Virus record (IMG/VR): IMGVR_UViG_3300043399_000272 | Location: 186,001-250,000 of that record | Direction: 5' to 3' (one strand) | DNA: 64,000 bases | Shown: piece by piece, positions 58,383 to 64,000 of the stretch | Numbering within the stretch: position 1 is the stretch's first letter | Layout: the number at the start of each line of letters is the position of its first letter | The notes under the pieces: model-generated | What the model saw: the letters and a program-made list of their open reading frames with translations, nothing else | What the model was told of the DNA's origin: nothing | Databases searched by the model: none | Translations under genes and position numbers: made by a program

Positions 58383-59165
58383 ATGACCGATTATTACCAA
58401 ACTTTGGGTGTAGCGAAAAATGCTACACCGCAAGACATTAAAAAGGCATACCGTCGTTTAGCAGGAATACACCATCCAGACAAAGGCGGTGACACTTCCA
58501 AGTTCCAAGAAATCCAAACAGCATATGAAACGTTGAGCGATCCAAAAAAGAGACAAGAGTACGACAACCCTAGTTCGTTTGGTCCTTTCAATGATCGGCA
58601 CGGGTTCCATTTTAACTTTAATGGGTTTAACATTAATGATCTTTTCGGAGCAGCGTTTAGTCAAGGATTCAGACAACCTCAAATGCCTAGTTACCGCACG
58701 ACTGTACTGGTTACTTTAGAACAAGCATATTCGGGTTCAGAACAAACATTGCAATTCAATGCAGATGGGCAGCGACAAGTCGTAAAAATTCAAGTACCCA
58801 AAGGTGTCACTGATGGACAAACATTAAGGTATGAAAATCTTATTAAAAATGCTATCTTACTAGTTGAATTTAGAATTCAGCCGCACCCTACATTCGAGCG
58901 TGACGGTTCTAATTTATATAGCATTCAAGATATCGATGTTTTGGATTTGATAATCGGAACTGAAATTAGATTTACTGCTATTTCGGGCAAAGTATTAACT
59001 GTAAAAGTGCCACCTAAAACACAGCCCGGTGCTAAGCTACGAATTCAAAATGAGGGGATGCCAGTTAATAATGGTTTCGGAGACCAATATATCTTGCTAA
59101 AACCGTTCATACCTGATAAAATAGACAATCGAATTATTGATAGCATTTTGCAATCAAGAGCCTGA
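58383..59165 (+). CDS. dnaJ: DnaJ/CbpA-class co-chaperone
   Basis: J-domain with HPD, G/F-rich linker, C-terminal domain, no Zn finger. Confidence 0.9.
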   Translation: MTDYYQTLGVAKNATPQDIKKAYRRLAGIHHPDKGGDTSKFQEIQTAYETLSDPKKRQEYDNPSSFGPFNDRHGFHFNFNGFNINDLFGAAFSQGFRQPQMPSYRTTVLVTLEQAYSGSEQTLQFNADGQRQVVKIQVPKGVTDGQTLRYENLIKNAILLVEFRIQPHPTFERDGSNLYSIQDIDVLDLIIGTEIRFTAISGKVLTVKVPPKTQPGAKLRIQNEGMPVNNGFGDQYILLKPFIPDKIDNRIIDSILQSRA

Positions 59166-59190
59166 GTGAGACATTATTTAAAGGAAGTTT

Positions 59191-61464
59191 ATGAATTCAC
59201 CCGAAATTGAAGTAATTATTGAGCAAGCATTAAATTTGGCTAAAGAGAGGTCACACAAGTATTGTACACTTGAACATTTATTGCTTGCACTGATTACTCA
59301 TCAGCCCTTTAAAAAGTGCTTAGATAGTTTTGGTGCAGATGTTGAAACACTAACCAAAGAAGTTACTCATTATATTGACACACTACATGCCATTGTAGTT
59401 GATGTTAGTAACGGAGAAGAAGTGCATCCTCGCAAAACTAATTCTCTCGAAAGAGTCATGAACCGAAGCATTACACAAGTATTGTTTACTGGTCGTAAAA
59501 TGGTAACTACTATTGATTTGTATCTGAGTATTTCTAGCGAAACCAACAGTCATGCACATTATTACTTGCTGAAATATGGTATCACAAAGCAAGAATTTGT
59601 AGCACACTGGCAAAAGAATTATAAAAATCAGGATGCAGAAACTAAACTTACTGATTCGCAAGCATCTGAAATTCTCGAAGAATACACAGTTAATCTTAGC
59701 GAACTTGCACGTAACCATAAACTAGAACCGCTTGTGGGTCGTAGTGAAGAACTGGACGACATTATAAATGTGCTAGCTAAGAGATTCAAATCAAACGTAC
59801 TAATGGTGGGGGATCCAGGTGTAGGCAAGACCGCTATCGTAGAGGGACTAGCACAGCGTATTGCTGATGGTAAAGTACCTGAGTTTCTTAAGGACCATGA
59901 AGTATATTCAGTAGAAGTAGGTAACTTGCTTGCAGGTTCAAAGTATCGTGGAGATTTCGAAGAAAAGATCAAAGTAATCATTGAAGCACTGATTACAAAG
60001 AAAAAGGCTGTGTTGTTTATCGATGAAGCACATACTATGAAAGGTAGCGGGTCTTCAAATAACGGCAGTGTTGACTTTGCTAATATGATTAAGCCTGCAA
60101 TCACAAAGGGTAATTTGAAAGTTATCGCAAGCACTACATGGGAAGAATTCTATGAGTCCTTCGAAAAGGATCGTGCATTGATGCGTAGATTCTATCGTGT
60201 GGGTGTAGATGAACCTGATCGTGATTCTACGGTTCGCATTTTGACAGGGTTAAGTACTCGGTTGAATGACTTCCATGATGTGGATATTTCTCCTGACGCT
60301 ATCACTGCGGCAGTAGATAGCGCAATTAGGTATTTGCATGACCGTAAAAACCCTGATAAGTCTATCGACTTGCTAGACGCCGCATGTGCAAAACAGCGTG
60401 TAGCTGATAACAAGGGTGCAGTCATTACTAAAGAAATGGTGTATGACCAAGTTGAACGTATTGCAGGAGTTCCAGCAGATAAACTCAAGGATCAAACAGT
60501 TGATAAGATTCAACTATTGGAATCTAATATCAAAGATAAATTGTATGGGCAAGAAGATACGGTAGATAAAGTTTTGGAACGTATTTATGTTAGCTTTGCT
60601 GGCATCGGAAATCAAAGTAAACCTATTGCAAGTTTCTTATTCTTGGGCCCTACTGGTACTGGTAAAACAGAATTGGCTAGACTGTTAAGTAAGAACCTAG
60701 ATATGCCGCTAATCAAATATGACATGTCTGAATATTCTGAGAAATTCAACGTTAGTGCTTTGCTAGGTGCACCTCCCGGATATGTTGGGTTTGGAGAAGG
60801 TAGTCTTGGTGGCGGCAAACTAATTAACGACTTGAGTAAAAATCCGCACTCTATCTTGTTGTTTGATGAAGTAGAAAAAGCACACCCTGATATCTTTAAT
60901 ATTTTCTTGCAATTGCTTGACGACGGTAAAGTTACTGGTACTAATGGTAAGTCAGTAAATGCAAAGAACTGTATTGTTATTATGACTAGTAACTTGGGAA
61001 GTCAAGATGCAGAAAGAAACAATATTGGCTTTGGCAGTCAAGAAAAATCAGGTGAAGATGATAAAGCCTTGAAGGACTTCTTCAAGCCTGAATTCAGAAA
61101 TCGTATTGACTTGATTTGTAAATTCGGTAAACTTGATATGCTAGCAATCAAGAAAATTGTCATTAAATTTACTGATGATTTGAAGAAGTCATTGAAAGAT
61201 ACCCATGATATTACTCTTAATTTGCGTGAATCAGTTGTTGAATATCTCGCTGAAAAGGGTTATGATAAGAAGATGGGTGCAAGACCACTGGCTCGAAAGA
61301 TCGATGAATTGATTAGGGTTCCATTGTCAAAGAAGATTCTTTTTGAACGTATTAAAAACGCAACTATTAACGTTAGCGTCGGGGATGATGACAAGATTGA
61401 ATTCGAAATTCAACAAAAATTAACTGCTACGGTGAATGAAGATGGGATTATTGAAGTCAGTTGA
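59191..61464 (+). CDS. clpA: ClpA/ClpB-family AAA+ chaperone
   Basis: Clp N-domain, GDPGVGKT, GPTGTGKT, FDEVEKAH, IGF loop, GARPL; no ClpB middle coiled-coil. Confidence 0.9.
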   Translation: MNSPEIEVIIEQALNLAKERSHKYCTLEHLLLALITHQPFKKCLDSFGADVETLTKEVTHYIDTLHAIVVDVSNGEEVHPRKTNSLERVMNRSITQVLFTGRKMVTTIDLYLSISSETNSHAHYYLLKYGITKQEFVAHWQKNYKNQDAETKLTDSQASEILEEYTVNLSELARNHKLEPLVGRSEELDDIINVLAKRFKSNVLMVGDPGVGKTAIVEGLAQRIADGKVPEFLKDHEVYSVEVGNLLAGSKYRGDFEEKIKVIIEALITKKKAVLFIDEAHTMKGSGSSNNGSVDFANMIKPAITKGNLKVIASTTWEEFYESFEKDRALMRRFYRVGVDEPDRDSTVRILTGLSTRLNDFHDVDISPDAITAAVDSAIRYLHDRKNPDKSIDLLDAACAKQRVADNKGAVITKEMVYDQVERIAGVPADKLKDQTVDKIQLLESNIKDKLYGQEDTVDKVLERIYVSFAGIGNQSKPIASFLFLGPTGTGKTELARLLSKNLDMPLIKYDMSEYSEKFNVSALLGAPPGYVGFGEGSLGGGKLINDLSKNPHSILLFDEVEKAHPDIFNIFLQLLDDGKVTGTNGKSVNAKNCIVIMTSNLGSQDAERNNIGFGSQEKSGEDDKALKDFFKPEFRNRIDLICKFGKLDMLAIKKIVIKFTDDLKKSLKDTHDITLNLRESVVEYLAEKGYDKKMGARPLARKIDELIRVPLSKKILFERIKNATINVSVGDDDKIEFEIQQKLTATVNEDGIIEVS

Positions 61465-62164
61465 TGATGTTCCTGGTATTAATTATTACGAATACCGTGA
61501 TAATTTATACTACAACAATTATGAATATCGTTTGAGGGCAACAATACCGTGTATTAAATATACTTGGTATTGTAAGAATCCCGAAGAACTGGATAAAAAA
61601 ATTGAGGGCAAATTCAATAGATATGGCAATGTTCGTAAAGAAGATAAGCAAGATGTTATTGATAACTTACCGGCTTTAAAGTTTATAGTCAAATTACAAA
61701 AAGAAAAAAAGAAAAAGCAAATTGGTATTCGTATTGAAAGTGAAACAATTGCGGTTTTTTCTAATGATATAGCTATTCTAAAAGATATTGCTACGGAATT
61801 AGGAACTCGATATAAATGTAACTACACTCAGGTAAAAACAAGTCAATATGCTGGTATCAAACATTTTGTAAATGATCCTCCCCATAAATACCGTGTATAT
61901 TTGAAGTCAAAGCGAGTAGAAGATAACTTTCACATTGAATTTCGTAAAATGTGTGAAAGGCAACCAGGACTACACCCTAGTCCTGCTCTTAAAAGATGGT
62001 TGTACAACGACGGAAAACGCTATGGAATCTGGTATTTCCGTTGGGCTAGTTCAGCACATTTTATTGATTATGACGATGAAAGTACACTCAGTTACCTAGC
62101 ACTTATGTACGGCGAAATCTTAGGTAAAAAGTACAAATTAGAAAAGCGTCCTGATAATATCTAA
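61436..62164 (+). CDS. hypothetical protein
   Basis: 242 aa; C-terminal FIDYDDESTLSYLALMYG weakly resembles the array motif. Confidence 0.7.
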   Translation: MKMGLLKSVDDVPGINYYEYRDNLYYNNYEYRLRATIPCIKYTWYCKNPEELDKKIEGKFNRYGNVRKEDKQDVIDNLPALKFIVKLQKEKKKKQIGIRIESETIAVFSNDIAILKDIATELGTRYKCNYTQVKTSQYAGIKHFVNDPPHKYRVYLKSKRVEDNFHIEFRKMCERQPGLHPSPALKRWLYNDGKRYGIWYFRWASSAHFIDYDDESTLSYLALMYGEILGKKYKLEKRPDNI

Positions 62165-62200
62165 AAGTGATAAATACTCTATTACTATAGGGTATTTACC

Positions 62201-62368
62201 ATGGCAAAGATTGTAGAAGACGTATTAGTCGTTAAATTCAGCAAAATCGTTAAAGATGCAGACGCAGATAATGGTGGTTTAGTCAATAATGACATTCAAG
62301 CAGCATTAGAGCAAGTCGCCCAAGAATTAGTGGGTGACGGTGTCGTTGTAGAAGTGGAACGAGCATAA
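62201..62368 (+). CDS. small late protein (55 aa, below ORF-track cutoff)
   Basis: MAKIVEDVLVVKFSKIVKD...VVVEVERA*; late promoter at 62169; TAATG overlap with next gene. Confidence 0.7.
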   Translation: MAKIVEDVLVVKFSKIVKDADADNGGLVNNDIQAALEQVAQELVGDGVVVEVERA

Positions 62369-62724
62369 TGTCACAAGCCACTACATTAATACTATTACCA
62401 CAGACTTACTACCAAAATAACAACGTAAATGTTGTGGGTGAGAAGGTACAAGCTGCTGCGTATTATTTAGGTAATCAAGATTTACAAACTTTAAGCTGGA
62501 GTCTTAATTCGTTTTACGGAGTCATAGACATTCAAGCCACACTTGCATCAGACCCAACTGCAAATTCTGATTGGTTCAACGTTCATCAGATTTCAGGCAA
62601 CAATACTACTACAAATAGTTTTGCAAACTTAACTGGTAATTATGTTTGGCTAAGAGCGAAAGTTAGTTTTAATAACAGCACCGGAAATCCAGGTGTAATT
62701 CAATACGTTAAAGTGAGTTATTAA
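62368..62724 (+). CDS. putative structural beta-sandwich protein
   Basis: F.G.IDIQATL...W...GNYVWLRAKV; resembles the C-terminus of 17443-18213. Confidence 0.55.
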   Translation: MSQATTLILLPQTYYQNNNVNVVGEKVQAAAYYLGNQDLQTLSWSLNSFYGVIDIQATLASDPTANSDWFNVHQISGNNTTTNSFANLTGNYVWLRAKVSFNNSTGNPGVIQYVKVSY

Positions 62725-62725
62725 T

Positions 62726-63487
62726 ATGAAATTGTTTGAGGGCGGAAACATTTGGCCTGATGTTGTAACTAATTTTGATCCAGGTGTAGTTGGGAAACCA
62801 CTCACCGCCGCCACACAAAAATATCTAGAACCATTAGGTGCAACAGTTCACACAATAGGTAGCGCATGGAAGCCTAGATTTGATAAAGACGGCAACGTTG
62901 TTCCTAGCAATGACTTAGATGCTATGGTCGATCTTGCTGAATTACAAAAAGCATTTAACACTACTGATGCTAAAACAACAAGACAAGCATTAGATGATTA
63001 TCTACAGAAACAAGGTCTAAAGACTTATAAAGCAGGGGTAACAGTTCACACTAGAATGCCGTTAGGTGGAAAGTTTTATCAAGCTGACTTAAAGGTTGTA
63101 CCGAACGCAGCCAAAGTTGCACAATTTCATAGACACGAAATACCTCAAGGCAGTCAATACAAAGGTGTCAACAAGCAACTTGTAATGAACGCACTTGCTA
63201 GCAGTCAACGTATGCTATGGAGTCCCGATGAAGGATTGTATGCAAGAGATGCTAATGGTAAGAAAGCTGAATTATTAAGTGATGACTGGGATACGATTGC
63301 TCAGTATTTACTAGGCAAAGGTGCAACAGGAAATGATTTAGGCAGTGTTGAATCTATCATGGCAAAGATTCCTGATCCTAAGCGTAGAGAAGAAATAATG
63401 AATATGGCACGTTCAGGTCATAGTTGGCAAGCTGCAACTCCTAATGTGACTGAATGGTTCCGTAGAGCAATGGATATGTTAAAATGA
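62726..63487 (+). CDS. Pol-beta-superfamily nucleotidyltransferase-like protein
   Basis: IGS...NDLDAMVD...YQADL; MKLFEG leader. Confidence 0.6.
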   Translation: MKLFEGGNIWPDVVTNFDPGVVGKPLTAATQKYLEPLGATVHTIGSAWKPRFDKDGNVVPSNDLDAMVDLAELQKAFNTTDAKTTRQALDDYLQKQGLKTYKAGVTVHTRMPLGGKFYQADLKVVPNAAKVAQFHRHEIPQGSQYKGVNKQLVMNALASSQRMLWSPDEGLYARDANGKKAELLSDDWDTIAQYLLGKGATGNDLGSVESIMAKIPDPKRREEIMNMARSGHSWQAATPNVTEWFRRAMDMLK

Positions 63488-64000
63488 AAATTCAAACACT
63501 ATTAGAAGCTGCTGGACAAGTTGGGCGTAAGTATCAACACATTGAAGATTTAGTAATAGCTAATGGTAGTGCAGGTGGACTACATGCAGTTGAACGCATG
63601 AAGCACATGGTTGACAATTACGATTCAATTGAACTTAAGTGGGACGGTATGCCAGTAGTATACTGGGGCCGTGATGAAAAAGGTGTCTTTAGAATGATTC
63701 CTAAGAATGCTTGGGCTTACTTAAAGTCAGGCAAGACACAAACTAGTTCAGGTGCAAGTACAATCATGAACAGCCCCGATGACGTTTATAAATTTGTTAT
63801 GGGCACAGGAGACGGTGGAGAAGGTCGTGCAGGATTTGCAAAGCAATTTGCTAGCTTGTGGCCACTGTTCGAAAAGATAAGCCCTAAGCAAGGCTTCCTT
63901 GAAGGTGGTTTATTATTCTTCCCTGGTTCAATGCCTGTAGTTAATAAAAACACAAATACATACGATTTCAAACCTAATATTACTACATTCCATGTACCAG
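63484..64000 (+). CDS. KxDG ligase/nucleotidyltransferase-like protein, truncated by window
   Basis: MKIQTLLEA...HIEDL...ELKWDGMPVVYWG...FLEGGLLF; open to window end. Confidence 0.55.
   Translation, partial: MKIQTLLEAAGQVGRKYQHIEDLVIANGSAGGLHAVERMKHMVDNYDSIELKWDGMPVVYWGRDEKGVFRMIPKNAWAYLKSGKTQTSSGASTIMNSPDDVYKFVMGTGDGGEGRAGFAKQFASLWPLFEKISPKQGFLEGGLLFFPGSMPVVNKNTNTYDFKPNITTFHVP

Noticed and set aside
1-64000. Stop-codon reassignment
   Set aside because: Conserved genes are full length and tightly packed under the standard bacterial code, so no recoding is needed.
1-64000. tRNA or rRNA genes
   Set aside because: Intergenic gaps are short and no cloverleaf or T-loop GTTCRA context was recognised by eye; tRNAscan-SE would be needed to confirm.

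Overview
This 64-kb window is AT-rich and gene-dense and looks like part of a large T4-like (myovirus-type) dsDNA phage genome. It carries recombination and replication genes (probable gp32 end, UvsX, UvsY, UvsW, gp61 primase, gp41 helicase, gp44/gp62 clamp loader, dNMP kinase), neck, tail and head genes (gp13, gp14, gp15, gp18, gp19, gp4, gp16-like, fibres), a GH19 endolysin and a holin. Host-like genes include PhoH, MazG, Nudix, a ROK kinase, RmlC, a cytidylyltransferase, GroES, YccA/BI-1, DnaJ and ClpA/B. Sigma70-type early promoters and T4-type late promoters (nATAAATA) are both visible. Four things stand out. (1) A miniature, intein-free split family-C (DnaE) polymerase whose two halves lie about 35 kb apart (52169-52675 and 16432-17013) and join exactly at the FERFL/PDIDIDF boundary. 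(2) A ~5.4-kb tandem array of about 21 short, translationally coupled ORFs (8711-14100), most of them paralogs with variable N-termini and a conserved C-terminal F-x-F-xx-E-x-D-xxx-F-x-L-R-W motif whose AGG-TGG codons double as the ribosome-binding site of the next gene; two members carry terminase-like or capsid-like N-terminal fragments. (3) Hairpins that bury a late gene's RBS unless transcription starts at an embedded late promoter. (4) A probable virion-packaged pair of a nucleotidyltransferase and a KxDG ligase-like protein. All calls come from reading motifs by eye; no database search was run. No tRNA, rRNA or CRISPR array was seen.
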